From Bacteroidota bacterium (GTDB lineage Bacteria; Bacteroidota; Ignavibacteria; Kapaibacteriales; UBA961), in assembly GCA_020852855.1 (NCBI GenBank), contig JADZAA010000049.1:3449-67448 (forward strand): a stretch of 64,000 nt of DNA, in the 5' to 3' direction. Numbering within the stretch: position 1 is the first letter of the stretch; each line of letters begins with the position of its first letter. The position numbers were made by a program, and so were the translations under genes. Below are positions 10,222-20,776 of the stretch, piece by piece. The notes under the pieces were generated by a model, which saw only the letters and a program-made list of their open reading frames with translations, had not been told where the DNA came from and did not search any database.

Positions 10222-11193
10222 TTATTCTCCGGCAGGATATGCGCTGTTTATTGCCAAACGCGATAAATCACTTTTACCGAGACGTTTGACGCCGATTAAA
10301 CGCTTGTTGTAGTATGTGCTTTCAAGCGAAGAAATGGTAACGCCGTAACGCGAACTTGAATGGGCGAACAGATTATCACCGAGATAAATGCCCACGTGCG
10401 AAACATAAGCATGGCGACGTGTATGGAAGAACACTATATCGCCGAATTGCATTTCTTCGCGGTTTCTTACCGAATTTCCAAAAGTTGATTGTTCGGCTGC
10501 CGTGCGCGGTAACATAATGCTTCCGGCCGAGGCAAACACCGCACGTGTAAATGCGGAACAATCAATACCGCTACGGCCAGTTCCGCCGAAATGGTAGCGC
10601 GTACCTACCCAATCCATAACAGCATCAATTATTTTCTTTTTATCTATACCGCAGGCGATACTTTCGATATCGCCGGTTGCGCCGCCGCCGTCCATATATG
10701 CCAGCCAAATAGAGCGAAAAGACTCTATATCAACCGTTACGTCATCTTCCTTTTCAAGTTCTTCGATATCTTCTCCCTCATCGGGGAGGTTACCGTTTGA
10801 TTTTGCGACATATCCTGTTTTCAAAAGCGGTAAAGCCCCTGCGGGAGATTCGCCGTTAAATTCTTCGGCACGAGCTTCGTTGCGTTGTTCGGAATCGTCG
10901 CCTGCAAATCCGGCAAGTCGAGACAATTCATCGTTACCGTTGATATGTTCGAAAGCCATCATTTTTCCTTGTACCGGATTGCAAGGAGTAATGCGTGCGG
11001 CATATCTTCCTTTGCGTCTTTTTTTACGCGAAGAAATTTTTTTCTTCGCCGCTATCTTTTTTGTATGTTTTACAGTTGTTGCTTTCCGTGTTTTTTTCGG
11101 GGCAGCATCTGCGTTCGTCGAAGGCAAAGCTATAGCAATCGCAAGGAGAACCAAGCCAAGCCAGAAAGGTATGAGGGGTATGCGTCTGTTCAT
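10222..11193 (-). CDS. NlpC/P60 (C40) family peptidase with a lysine-rich N-terminal region
   Basis: C-terminal Cys-His core CSAFTRAVF...HVGIYLGDNLFAHSS. Signal peptide at the internal Met (MNRRIPLIPFWLGLVLLAIA), with the longer ORF extending to 11319. Poly-K tract KKTRKATTVKHTKKIAAKKKISSRKKRRKGR. Confidence 0.75.
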   Translation of the reverse strand: MNRRIPLIPFWLGLVLLAIAIALPSTNADAAPKKTRKATTVKHTKKIAAKKKISSRKKRRKGRYAARITPCNPVQGKMMAFEHINGNDELSRLAGFAGDDSEQRNEARAEEFNGESPAGALPLLKTGYVAKSNGNLPDEGEDIEELEKEDDVTVDIESFRSIWLAYMDGGGATGDIESIACGIDKKKIIDAVMDWVGTRYHFGGTGRSGIDCSAFTRAVFASAGSIMLPRTAAEQSTFGNSVRNREEMQFGDIVFFHTRRHAYVSHVGIYLGDNLFAHSSSRYGVTISSLESTYYNKRLIGVKRLGKSDLSRLAINSAYPAGE

Positions 11194-11332
11194 AATCGCC
11201 TCGTTAGTTAAAAAATCACCTTCTGGTAAGCGTTTTGTCAAACGCTTGGTTTTGGGTATCCGTCGTCTTTCCGGGCGGCGTATGAATGTGTGTGTAATCT
11301 GCCGAAAGCGGAAATTCATAAGATTAGTCGTA

Positions 11333-13033
11333 TTACCGAGACTTTTTCACGGTTTCAAGGACAAGCCTGCCGGCACTTTCCGGGCGGAAACCGATAACGG
11401 AAGGCCGTGCTAATCTTAGACTGACGTCATGATACAAAAATATCCACGGCGCATCGTCAATTACAATGCGCTCCATTCGATTGTACAAGGTGTACCGTTC
11501 GGCGGGATTTAGTTTCGGGGAGAGAGCTTGTTCGTAAAGCGAGTCGAACGTAGCATTGCGGAAATGCGTCGTGTTCGGCCCGGCGGGGGATGCGTTCTTC
11601 GAATAGAATAACGCCAAAAAATTTTCTGGGTCGGGATAATCCGCAATCCAACTTGTGCGCCAAAGCGGAAGTTCGCTGTTGCGTATCATACCGAGATGAC
11701 GCGGAAAATCTACTTGTACGATTCGTGCGTCAAGCCCGATTTCTTTCCATTGCTGTTGCACCGCTTCGGCTACCGAAGCTGTGCGCTCGTTTGCTCCTAT
11801 TTGCAAAGTAATCGGCGGTAGAGATTTGCCCGGGCCGTAGCCGGCCTGAAGTAAAAGCTCGCGCGCTTTTTGAATGTTGTAGTCGTAGCCCTTAACTTCC
11901 GGCGAAAAACCGGGCATTGAAGGCGGAAGTATGCCGTTGTGTGCGGGAACAGCCCTGCCGCGTAATACATAACGAACTATTCTGTCGCGGTCTATAGCAT
12001 AATTTAATGCCTGCCGCAATACCTTCGAAGTCGAATACGGCCCGTTTTTTGCGGCTGTAAAAGCGGTGTCAAGTAAAAAACCGTAGTATTCTACCGATTG
12101 CGCAGCCTTACGAAATTGCTTGTAATCTGCAAATTTCGGCGTAAGATTGCCATCAGGTGTAATGACTTGCTCTAAAACAGAGTTGTCTATCGTTGCCACA
12201 AAATCTAAACGCCCTTGCTCAAATTCAAAAAACTCGGACTTGGGCGAGCGAATAAAGGAAATTTTTATGCCGTCCAAATACGGCAATCTGACTCCTTTGT
12301 CGTCAAATCGAAAATATCGTTCATTGCGCTTTAGTCGAATATCGCGGTCTTGTTCCCAAGATAGAAAACGAAACGGCCCCGAGCCTACGGGATGATGAGC
12401 GAAACGCTCTTTGTAAAATTCCGTCGCTTCTTTGGGAACAATCCAACAAAAAGGAGTGGTCAGAAGCGATAGAAAGGGTGCGAACGGCTTCGCTGTGCGA
12501 ATAACAAGAGTGGAATCGTCGGGTGCGGTAATTCCGCGTATCCCAACCGGCGATTCACCGGCTGCCGTTGCTTTTATATAAGCCTCGGCACCGTCCACAG
12601 TAGAGCGAAATATCCATTGTCCGGCGGACTTGATTCGCGCATCGCATACGCGCTCAAATGAATATTTTACATCGGTTGCGGTAAGTCGCCGCGTTCTTGC
12701 AGAGCCGAAACACTCGTCCTCGTGAAAAAAAACGTCTGTACGCAAATTGAAAGTCCATACGGTAGCCGTGCTGTCGCCGGACCATGACCGTGCGATGCAC
12801 GGTTTGATTTGCTCGTTTTCGTCAGCTTCCACCAAGCCGTTGTATAATTGGCTGCCCGCCCAAATTGCCGCTTGATAATTTATGAAAGCAGGATCAAGCG
12901 AACCTATGCCGCTCGGCTCATTATATCGAAAAATATTGTCGTCGGGTGCGGAGCCACCGCCGCATCCAAGCGACATAAAAAGCATGAGAATACTGCATCG
13001 AATTGTCAAAGAACGAATAACGCTTCGGTACAT
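11333..13033 (-). CDS. ABC transporter substrate-binding protein, family 5 (peptide/nickel/opine type)
   Basis: SBP_bac_5-like length and motifs (the W-rich N-terminal lobe WTFNLR is one example). Lipoprotein-like signal peptide. No permease or ATPase genes adjacent. The start is ambiguous, since the ORF extends to 13060. Confidence 0.7.
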   Translation of the reverse strand: MYRSVIRSLTIRCSILMLFMSLGCGGGSAPDDNIFRYNEPSGIGSLDPAFINYQAAIWAGSQLYNGLVEADENEQIKPCIARSWSGDSTATVWTFNLRTDVFFHEDECFGSARTRRLTATDVKYSFERVCDARIKSAGQWIFRSTVDGAEAYIKATAAGESPVGIRGITAPDDSTLVIRTAKPFAPFLSLLTTPFCWIVPKEATEFYKERFAHHPVGSGPFRFLSWEQDRDIRLKRNERYFRFDDKGVRLPYLDGIKISFIRSPKSEFFEFEQGRLDFVATIDNSVLEQVITPDGNLTPKFADYKQFRKAAQSVEYYGFLLDTAFTAAKNGPYSTSKVLRQALNYAIDRDRIVRYVLRGRAVPAHNGILPPSMPGFSPEVKGYDYNIQKARELLLQAGYGPGKSLPPITLQIGANERTASVAEAVQQQWKEIGLDARIVQVDFPRHLGMIRNSELPLWRTSWIADYPDPENFLALFYSKNASPAGPNTTHFRNATFDSLYEQALSPKLNPAERYTLYNRMERIVIDDAPWIFLYHDVSLRLARPSVIGFRPESAGRLVLETVKKSR

Positions 13034-13458
13034 TTGCATTAAGCAATAATTTTTAACCATATTTTAACAGTAAACCGAAGCGTCGGTTGCGTAACCCTTT
13101 CGGCTGTTTTTACAGCTTAAAACGTCGTAAAAACACCTTTGCAAAGAGTACAACAAAGCAAAAGTATGTAAAAAACTCCACACTGCCAAGAATTTATCGT
13201 TTTTTTTTGATGAAAAAAATGTTGTCGCCGGCGTTATCGCACTCTTAAAGAAATGGAAGAATACGGAGTATTGCCTAAACATTTCACTATAAACCGCGAC
13301 ACATTTGGGCAAAATATCCTAAATCGCCGCGAAAACAAGAGCATTTTCCGTAGATTTGTGCTAAAACATCAAAAAAGATACGGTTCGCGGCTACATAGTT
13401 TTTCAAAAATTGCCGCCCCGAACAGCGCAAATAATTTACGAATAGCGATAATTCTGTT

Positions 13459-14820
13459 ATGTCTAAACCATTTATCCGCATCGCTTCCGGCCAAGGGTTT
13501 TGGGGAGATTTACTTTCCGCACCGCTTGCACAAGTAACCAAAGGACATATTGACTACCTTATGCTCGATTATTTGGCAGAGGTTACTATGTCCATTCTGC
13601 AAAAGCAAAAACTGAAGAATCCTGCACTCGGCTACGCCAAAGACCTTGTGCAAACTTGCGACGAAGTATTGCCGCATTTGCTTGAAAAGAACATAAAACT
13701 TATTACCAATGGCGGTGGGGTTAATCCCGAATCTGCGCGTGATGCAGTTTTTGCCGCCGCAAAAAAACGTGGAATAAAAGGACTGAAAATAGGCATAGTT
13801 TCGGGTGATAATATATTGCCGCGAATAGACGCATTGGTGGCCGACGGTCATGAAATGAAAAACATGGAAACGGGCGAGCCAATCGCGGAAGTAAAAGACA
13901 AATTATTGAGTGCAAACGTATACCTGGGAGCATTTCCGATAGTCGAGGCCCTGCGACAAGGCGCGGATATTGTGATTACGGGACGCACAACCGATACGGG
14001 ACTGACGCTTGCGCCTATGATACATGAATTCGGCTGGGCGGCTGATGATTGGGATAAACTCTCGGCGGGAACGATTGCCGGACATATAAATGAGTGCGGT
14101 GCGCAGGCCAGCGGCGGAAATTTCCTCGGAGATTGGCGTTCTATACCGGATATGGCAAATATAGGCTTCCCGATTATCGAAGCCTATCCCGACGGAACTT
14201 TTACAGTTACAAAGCACGAGGGTACGGGCGGTGCAGTTACCCGCGAAACAGTAAGCGAGCAACTAATGTACGAAATCGGCGATCCTTCTCAATACATAAC
14301 TCCCGATGTTGTAGCCGATTTTTCCACAATTCATTTAGAAGACTCCGGGAATAATCGCGTCCGTGTGTTCGGTATTACCGGCAAGCCCGCAACGCCGTTT
14401 CTTAAAGTAAGCGCGAGCTATGCCGACGGATACATTTCGTTTTCCACTCTTACCTATTCCGCGCCCGACGCTTATGAAAAAGCGCTGGCCGCCGATGCAA
14501 TTCTACGCGAAAGATTGAACAATCTCGGTTTGCAATTCGACGAAGTACGCACTGAATTTATCGGTATGAATGCTTGCCATGGAGCAATAGCCAAACCGAT
14601 TATTCCAAATGAAGTTATGATGCGGGTAGGCGTTCGCTCGCGTGATTATGCTTCCGTGGAGCGTTTCGGCAAGGAAATAGCACCTCTGATTCTTACAGGC
14701 CCGCCAAGCGTAACCGGATTCTCCGGTGGCCGGCCGAAGCCGAGCGAAGTAGTCGCGTATTTCCCAGCGCTTATAGCCAAGTCGGTTATACAGCCGACCG
14801 TGATTGTCGAAGAGCTGTAA
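13459..14820 (+). CDS. AtuA-like acyclic terpene utilisation family protein (DUF1446)
   Basis: The N-terminus IRIASGQGFWGDL is the characteristic start of DUF1446/AtuA proteins. Length ~450 aa matches. Confidence 0.55.
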   Translation: MSKPFIRIASGQGFWGDLLSAPLAQVTKGHIDYLMLDYLAEVTMSILQKQKLKNPALGYAKDLVQTCDEVLPHLLEKNIKLITNGGGVNPESARDAVFAAAKKRGIKGLKIGIVSGDNILPRIDALVADGHEMKNMETGEPIAEVKDKLLSANVYLGAFPIVEALRQGADIVITGRTTDTGLTLAPMIHEFGWAADDWDKLSAGTIAGHINECGAQASGGNFLGDWRSIPDMANIGFPIIEAYPDGTFTVTKHEGTGGAVTRETVSEQLMYEIGDPSQYITPDVVADFSTIHLEDSGNNRVRVFGITGKPATPFLKVSASYADGYISFSTLTYSAPDAYEKALAADAILRERLNNLGLQFDEVRTEFIGMNACHGAIAKPIIPNEVMMRVGVRSRDYASVERFGKEIAPLILTGPPSVTGFSGGRPKPSEVVAYFPALIAKSVIQPTVIVEEL

Positions 14821-15589
14821 GCCATATCACGTGACGCAAAAACAAACGCCGCTTATCAGTATAGTTATACCTGTTCTGCAGGAGGAAAAACTATTGCCAA
14901 AAACACTTGCGGCATTTCCACGCGAGCTTAGGCTGAAATATAATGCGGAATTAATTGTAAGCGACGGCGGCAGCACGGACGCGACGCTTTGTATTGCAGA
15001 ACAAGCCGCAGATGCCGTGGTGCGCCATACGGGGATGCATCGCCAAACAATAGCCGAGGGGCGCAATCGCGGTGCCGAAATTGCACAAGGTAAAGTAATA
15101 ATATTCATCAACGGCGATACTATTCCTGTTTATCCCGATAAATTCATATCACATATTTATCATTGGACTGTTTCTATCGAAAATAAAAATAGTGTCGGTG
15201 CTTTGGCGTGTCCTGTGTATATCGTACCCGACGAGTGCCGACGTAGCGATGCCGTGTTTTCGGCTTTCTATAACGGATACATACGTCTTTGGGTTAATAT
15301 TTTCGGGCTGGGCATGGGGCGTGGAGAATGTCAAATTGTTCGTGCCGATATCTTTCGTAAAGTTCATGGCTATAATTCCGATATTGCGGCAGGCGAAGAT
15401 TTCGATTTGTTCCGTCGCATGAGCCGGTATTGCCAAGTACGATACGAACCTGCATTGCCCGTCTACGAATCACCGCGCCGATTTCGACGTTACGGCTATG
15501 CGATGATGTTGCTCAGTTGGACGATTAATGCCGTATCCGTAATGTTGCGCGGGAAATCGGTTGCAAAAGAATGGGAGGCTGTTCGATAA
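14804..15589 (+). CDS. Family 2 glycosyltransferase
   Basis: LISIVIPVLQEE start. DGGSTD (DxD-like) motif and GEDFDL. Overlaps the AtuA-like gene by 17 nt. Confidence 0.7.
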   Translation: MSKSCKPYHVTQKQTPLISIVIPVLQEEKLLPKTLAAFPRELRLKYNAELIVSDGGSTDATLCIAEQAADAVVRHTGMHRQTIAEGRNRGAEIAQGKVIIFINGDTIPVYPDKFISHIYHWTVSIENKNSVGALACPVYIVPDECRRSDAVFSAFYNGYIRLWVNIFGLGMGRGECQIVRADIFRKVHGYNSDIAAGEDFDLFRRMSRYCQVRYEPALPVYESPRRFRRYGYAMMLLSWTINAVSVMLRGKSVAKEWEAVR

Positions 15590-15969
15590 ATATATCTTTA
15601 TGCCAATTCTCTCGTATTCATGGTACAAAACGAGAAAAAGCGGTTCGGCCGAAGATTAAATCATATTTCCGATAATTATCTTAAAAAATCATTGTTTATC
15701 ATAAATATTCGTTTATTTATTTTACCGTAAAAAATAATCAACCGCTCGAATTGCAGTAAAATTCACTCCCGAAATATTTCCGCACAAACGATAAAAATGC
15801 CCGTCTTCGAGAAGTTTTCCCGTATTTATCAAAAAAAAACGATGTATGAGAAAAATCATAAAATCCAACAATATAATATCGGATTTTTGCTTTTGAAATT
15901 ACTTCGAAGCGTCAATAATTGTCAATGCGCGGAGAATTTTATTACTTAAATTAAATTCGGGAGGTAAAG

Positions 15970-16530
15970 ATGAAAACTTGTCGTGTTGTGACGGCGTTAT
16001 GTCTTGCGGTATCAATCGGGTTGTTTTCCTGCTCGCAACAGCAAGAATCCGCACCTAAACCGGGCAACGATGCAAATGAAGCTGTTTCGCATGGGCAATC
16101 CGGCGTACAAGATGATCAATCTCAACAAGATGTAGTGAAAATTGCAGTAGGTTCGCCCGACCATACTACTTTGGTTACTGCGGTAAAAGCAGCGGAGCTT
16201 GTTGATGCACTTTCAAATGCAGGGCCTTTTACAGTATTTGCGCCAATAAATTCGGCTTTTTCCGCATTGCCGGCAGGAACAGTCGACGATTTGCTAAAGC
16301 CTGAAAATAAAGACAAATTGACAGACATTCTTTATGGGCACGTTACAACTTCTGTTTTTGACGATGCTCTTATGCGCGACGGATTGACCGTAGGTATGGT
16401 AAGCGGTGCGCGAATTACATTCCGTAAGAATGGCGATAAATGGATGGTAGGCGATGCGAATATACTCGGTTCTGCGCGGGGTTCGAACGGTATAGTCCAT
16501 ATAATTGACAAGGTTTTGTTGCCGAAATAA
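15970..16530 (+). CDS. Fasciclin (FAS1) domain lipoprotein
   Basis: Lipobox LFSC. FAS1 motifs TVFAPINSAF and ILYGHV. Strong SD GGGAGG upstream. Confidence 0.8.
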   Translation: MKTCRVVTALCLAVSIGLFSCSQQQESAPKPGNDANEAVSHGQSGVQDDQSQQDVVKIAVGSPDHTTLVTAVKAAELVDALSNAGPFTVFAPINSAFSALPAGTVDDLLKPENKDKLTDILYGHVTTSVFDDALMRDGLTVGMVSGARITFRKNGDKWMVGDANILGSARGSNGIVHIIDKVLLPK

Positions 16531-16796
16531 TATCGGGAATATCGCCGTGTTTAATATTCGGTAAAATATTTTTCCGAACGGCCTGTGGCGCAATAAATTT
16601 GCCCCTGCTTTCGAGGTATTTTTTATCTCGGGAACAGGGGCAAAAAAACGATAATATCACGCGGAGTATTCTGCCGGATGAATTATACTTCCGATTTGTA
16701 AAAAAATAATTTACAATGATAATTTATCCGAAGCATACAGGCAAATAATCTTAATATCCGCCGCCTAAAAATATTCACGAAAACAGGGTGGAGCAA

Positions 16797-17582
16797 TTAA
16801 AAATCTTTTCGTGAGAAAGAGCGCAAAGCGAGCATAAACGGCGCGACAATCCACGCCAACATAGCTCCGCTCGTAAGCGTAAATCCTACCCTACTGCCGA
16901 AAAATTGCTCGAACACGGCGCCTGTATATCCCATAAGAGCGGCTATGTCAAGGCGCAACATAATACCAACGCGGCCAAGGTCTATCGGATTAAGCGTTGT
17001 CATTACAATTGCGGCACGTTCTAACGGATAATCGGCAAAAAGCGCAAGAACAAGCCATATAAGTCCATCGTACAATATTGCAAAGGCAAGCCAAAGTCCG
17101 AGGCATATTCCAACGCCGCGCACTTTTTCGTCGGAACGAACGGCGACGAGAAGTGCAAGTGCGACAAAAATAAGAGTCAGCATAACTCCGATGCTAAGAA
17201 TAGCGAGTATCGTTATTCGGTCGTCTGCCGTGCCGTGCAGTAAGCATGGCAAGCCGGTACCAATCAAGAAACCGCCGCCCAATGCTCCGGCTATGCCTGA
17301 AAACAGTCCCGTAAACAAAGGCTTTCTTCCTACGGGTTGCGCCAGAAGCAGCTCGATAAATTCCCTCGCTCCGTAGAAATACAATGCTCCGTAAATTATG
17401 CTTGCGGCCGGAATAAGCAGTATTGTAATATTCGTCAGAGAAACCAATGCTTGCCCGGAGTCGCCGCTGAAACGAAATAATCCCTCGGCTATCAAGAAGA
17501 AGAACACGGTATAAACAGGCAACCATTTGCTGCGGAATATATCGGTTGCGGTAAATCGGGCTACTTTCCAAAGCGCGTTCAT
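16797..17582 (-). CDS. nosY: Nitrous-oxide reductase maturation ABC-2 permease NosY
   Basis: Six-TM ABC-2 type permease. Its start overlaps the nosF stop by 4 nt. Last gene of the nos operon. Confidence 0.75.
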   Translation of the reverse strand: MNALWKVARFTATDIFRSKWLPVYTVFFFLIAEGLFRFSGDSGQALVSLTNITILLIPAASIIYGALYFYGAREFIELLLAQPVGRKPLFTGLFSGIAGALGGGFLIGTGLPCLLHGTADDRITILAILSIGVMLTLIFVALALLVAVRSDEKVRGVGICLGLWLAFAILYDGLIWLVLALFADYPLERAAIVMTTLNPIDLGRVGIMLRLDIAALMGYTGAVFEQFFGSRVGFTLTSGAMLAWIVAPFMLALRSFSRKDF

Positions 17583-18295
17583 AAAAGCTCCTTTCCGTTC
17601 TCTATACGTCGTGCTATGGCGCGTTCGAGGGTTCGTTCGCCGCTTTTGCCGATAATAGATGCCACGGGCTCGTGGAATATGATGGATCCGTCGAGCAAAT
17701 ATGCAATACTGTCTGCAAGTTCTTCTATTTCGCTCATAATATGCGAGGTAAGAAGTATGGCTGCACCGGAGGCTTTCATTTCTATAATATGGTCTTTCAA
17801 GCGGCTTGACGAAAGCGGGTCAAGCCCTGCAGTAGGCTCGTCGAGTATTACTACGGCCGGTCGAAACATAAAGGCTATTACCGCACTTACCTTTTGGCGT
17901 GTTCCTCCGGAAAGCGCACGCAACGGCTTGCCGAAATGCGGGCGTAATTTAAGAGCGTCAATCAGCCGCTCGTCGCAATCAGCCGGATAGCCGCGCAAAG
18001 ATTTAACAAGTTCGATAGCACTTACTGCATCGAGATTATCCGGAAAACGTGCGATTTGCGGCATATATCCGATACCGGCGCGATAGTCGTCGCTATTGTT
18101 TATGCTCTTGCCGGCTATCGTAATTACGCCCGAATCCGGCTTGACCAATCCAAGAATAGATTTTATCAGGGTAGTTTTGCCGGATCCGTTGGGGCCTACT
18201 ATTGCCGTTACGCCGCCCGACGGAATTGTCAAAGATACGCCTCCAAGTGCCCGCGTCTTGCCATAGGATTTGCAAAGATGTTCGATTGTAATCAT
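17579..18295 (-). CDS. nosF: Nitrous-oxide reductase maturation ABC ATPase NosF
   Basis: Walker A GPNGSGKTT, signature LSGGTRQK, Walker B ILDEP. Sits between nosD and nosY. Confidence 0.85.
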   Translation of the reverse strand: MITIEHLCKSYGKTRALGGVSLTIPSGGVTAIVGPNGSGKTTLIKSILGLVKPDSGVITIAGKSINNSDDYRAGIGYMPQIARFPDNLDAVSAIELVKSLRGYPADCDERLIDALKLRPHFGKPLRALSGGTRQKVSAVIAFMFRPAVVILDEPTAGLDPLSSSRLKDHIIEMKASGAAILLTSHIMSEIEELADSIAYLLDGSIIFHEPVASIIGKSGERTLERAIARRIENGKELL

Positions 18296-19551
18296 TGTTT
18301 CGGCTTCATTCGTGGGTGAGCATCTGCAAGAGTTTGCGGAGTTAGCACGGGCAAGGCGCGTTCGGCTGCGTCGAGCAGGTCAATAAATAAACTGCGCAAT
18401 AAAATAAGCGAAGTTGGCTGTCGCTCTATCAATATCGTAAATAATCGAACCGGATGATGCGCCGCGTCGCCAAATCCGTCGCGGTTCAAGTCGTAGCCCG
18501 TGTATTCGCTCCAATAATTTGCGTCAAAAACATTGGTTTGCAATGAACTGCTGTTGGTTGAAACTGCAAATGTATTCGAAAGAAAATTATTATCCTTAAA
18601 ATTATTTTGCGAGGAATTCGCATATATTTTCACACCCCAGCCGTTACGGTGGAAAGTGTTGAAATGAATGGTGTTGCGATTGCAACCGTCGGCGTAAAGT
18701 CCTGTTGTGTTACCTTCAATCCGGTTGCGCTCGATATGACTGTCCGCAATTTCTTTCAGCAATAAACCATAGGCTGCCGGCCCCCAATTTTGCCGGAAAA
18801 TATTGCCTGTCATTGTTATAAATTTAGAATACATTACCGCCACGCCGGCACCGTTTTCCTGAAATAAATTATCGCGATAAGCGCAGGAATCGGAGAACAT
18901 GAAATGGAGTCCGTAGCGAATATTGTTCAGTGATTTATTGCCGCGAATAATTGCGTTGCGTGAAAATTCAAGGTAAATTCCGTCGCGGTGGCCGGCTATG
19001 GTGTTATTTTCAATTACAGAGTTGCGACAATACCATTGATGTATGCCGTTACCTGATGACGACTCGAGCCTGCCGCTTGCCTTGAATGAACAATTTCTTA
19101 CGATACAATTAGATGATTTTGCAAGGTAAATGCCGAAAAAATTATCGCGAAAAGAGCAGTTTTCAATTTTCAGATCAGAAATGCCCGTAGCTTTAATTGC
19201 GGCATTATCCGACACATAGCTCATGCCGCTACGAATAAATGTCAGCCCGCGAATTACTACGTTGCCGGCTGAAATTATAAGTATTTGCGATTTGCCTTTC
19301 CCGTCAAGTGTTGCGCCGGCTTGGCCTGTAATTTCTAGCGGCTTGTCTATTTTTACGTCAATGGCTGTATGTACGCCGTTTGGCACAATAATTCTATCGC
19401 CTGCGGCGGCCTTTGCTACGGCAGCGGCAAAGTCAACACCGTTGCCTACACGGACTTCGGCGGCATGAACAGCCGAAGTCCGCATACAAGCAAAACATAT
19501 CGAAAATAGGAGCAATAAGCGCAGAATTTGCCCGGCGGCCGCGCTCATCAT
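18292..19551 (-). CDS. nosD: Periplasmic copper-binding protein NosD (right-handed beta-helix)
   Basis: Repeated parallel beta-helix units (NxxIxxN patterns: NCSFRDNFFGIYL, NNTIAGHRDGIYL, NTFHRNGWGVKIY). The start is placed at the MM codon where ATGA overlaps the nosL stop. A longer ORF reaches 19593. Confidence 0.85.
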   Translation of the reverse strand: MMSAAAGQILRLLLLFSICFACMRTSAVHAAEVRVGNGVDFAAAVAKAAAGDRIIVPNGVHTAIDVKIDKPLEITGQAGATLDGKGKSQILIISAGNVVIRGLTFIRSGMSYVSDNAAIKATGISDLKIENCSFRDNFFGIYLAKSSNCIVRNCSFKASGRLESSSGNGIHQWYCRNSVIENNTIAGHRDGIYLEFSRNAIIRGNKSLNNIRYGLHFMFSDSCAYRDNLFQENGAGVAVMYSKFITMTGNIFRQNWGPAAYGLLLKEIADSHIERNRIEGNTTGLYADGCNRNTIHFNTFHRNGWGVKIYANSSQNNFKDNNFLSNTFAVSTNSSSLQTNVFDANYWSEYTGYDLNRDGFGDAAHHPVRLFTILIERQPTSLILLRSLFIDLLDAAERALPVLTPQTLADAHPRMKPKQ

Positions 19552-20027
19552 TTCGAGGCTTGAACAATGTCGTCCCATGTCATGCGGCGGCATTGATAAT
19601 TTGTAGAAATACGATTAAAATCATTCTCCGTAGGAACGGCCGAAAAATCGCCGCCCATAGGACTTTTAATCTGGTCGCAATGAACGAAAACGGCATTTTG
19701 GGCATTAATTAAACTGCCCGGGCTGATAAGATTGATAACCCACATAGAGTGTATATCTTCATGCTTGACCACGGAAGCCTCGGCATAAAAGCCGGCCATA
19801 CATTCAATCGCGTCGAATTTATAGATTTTGCCCTTTTTTGTGAGCAATTCCGCACCGAATTTCGGGTCGCTGATAGTCATTTGGCAGTAAGCGCAATTAT
19901 CCGTATTGATAATCAACGGCGTTGGTTGCGGCTCCGAGCATGAAATCAACCCGAAAACGGCTATACACACAAAAGCGAGTATTGCCAAATATCTGGTTAT
20001 AAGTAGTTCGGCTTGTGTATAGTTCAC
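19548..20027 (-). CDS. nosL: Copper chaperone lipoprotein NosL
   Basis: Lipobox LISC. CAYCQM copper-binding motif. ~160 aa. Confidence 0.8.
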   Translation of the reverse strand: MNYTQAELLITRYLAILAFVCIAVFGLISCSEPQPTPLIINTDNCAYCQMTISDPKFGAELLTKKGKIYKFDAIECMAGFYAEASVVKHEDIHSMWVINLISPGSLINAQNAVFVHCDQIKSPMGGDFSAVPTENDFNRISTNYQCRRMTWDDIVQASK

Positions 20028-20776
20028 GACTCAACCTCGTCCGCCATAACTGTTTCAGGCACAGGTCCGGCGAAATTTATAGTTTGTGATTTGCCGCTTT
20101 TTATGCTGTCGCGGCCTTTCAGTAAAGCTGCAAACGCTCCCAATAAAACAGATGCCCCTATAATATAGCCGCCGACATCGGGCAAAGAAATTGCTCTAAA
20201 ATTAAGCAGTTGCTTCGAGCCAATAAGCGGCGGCTGATAGTTCATATCATCTATGCGAATAGCCGCATGCGGATCAAGATTATGCCCGTAGTCATATTCC
20301 CACAGATAAAAATCCCACATTCCGGCCACTCCGGCAACAATAAACACCGCCACCCAAACCCATGCAAGCGTCCGCCGGCCTATTGCGGCAAAAAGCAATC
20401 CGAACGCGATAAATGCTCCTACTATATAGGGCATAAGCTTCAGTTCGGGAATTGCATCGGGTACTATACGTTGCATACCGATATAGTGGTTCAGCCCGTT
20501 AATACTTTCAAGGTCATTACTTTTTTCGCCTTGTATGGTATGAAGGTGAATTTTAATCCCCAAACCTTCGGGGTATTGCGGCGCTTCAAGCTGTATACTC
20601 CATATCGGCGTAAAAAAACTGATAATTAGGCTCAACGATGCTATGGCAAGCATTATTCTGGCACTCGATTTCACTGTATCTTCTCTTATGAAATTGTACA
20701 AATTAGAAAGGGTGCGCCACGCACTAGTGCGTGGCGCACCCAGTGCATTATTATCGTGTATTGGTTGAAAGTTCAA
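20024..20776 (-). CDS. Nos-cluster integral membrane protein (NosB-like)
   Basis: Multi-TM protein encoded directly between nosZ and nosL. Clade II nos clusters place nosB here. No catalytic motif is visible. Confidence 0.5.
   Translation of the reverse strand: MNFQPIHDNNALGAPRTSAWRTLSNLYNFIREDTVKSSARIMLAIASLSLIISFFTPIWSIQLEAPQYPEGLGIKIHLHTIQGEKSNDLESINGLNHYIGMQRIVPDAIPELKLMPYIVGAFIAFGLLFAAIGRRTLAWVWVAVFIVAGVAGMWDFYLWEYDYGHNLDPHAAIRIDDMNYQPPLIGSKQLLNFRAISLPDVGGYIIGASVLLGAFAALLKGRDSIKSGKSQTINFAGPVPETVMADEVES

Noticed and set aside
13064-13312. 82-aa ORF in the divergent region between the substrate-binding protein gene and the AtuA-like gene
   Set aside because: No SD and no motif, and it overlaps the likely promoter region. 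Probably non-coding.
16601-16647. GCCCCTG...CAGGGGC hairpin between the fasciclin gene and nosY
   Set aside because: The stem is real, but it is followed by an A-run on the plus strand and no U-run on either transcript. So it is not a convincing intrinsic terminator, and I did not list it as a feature.
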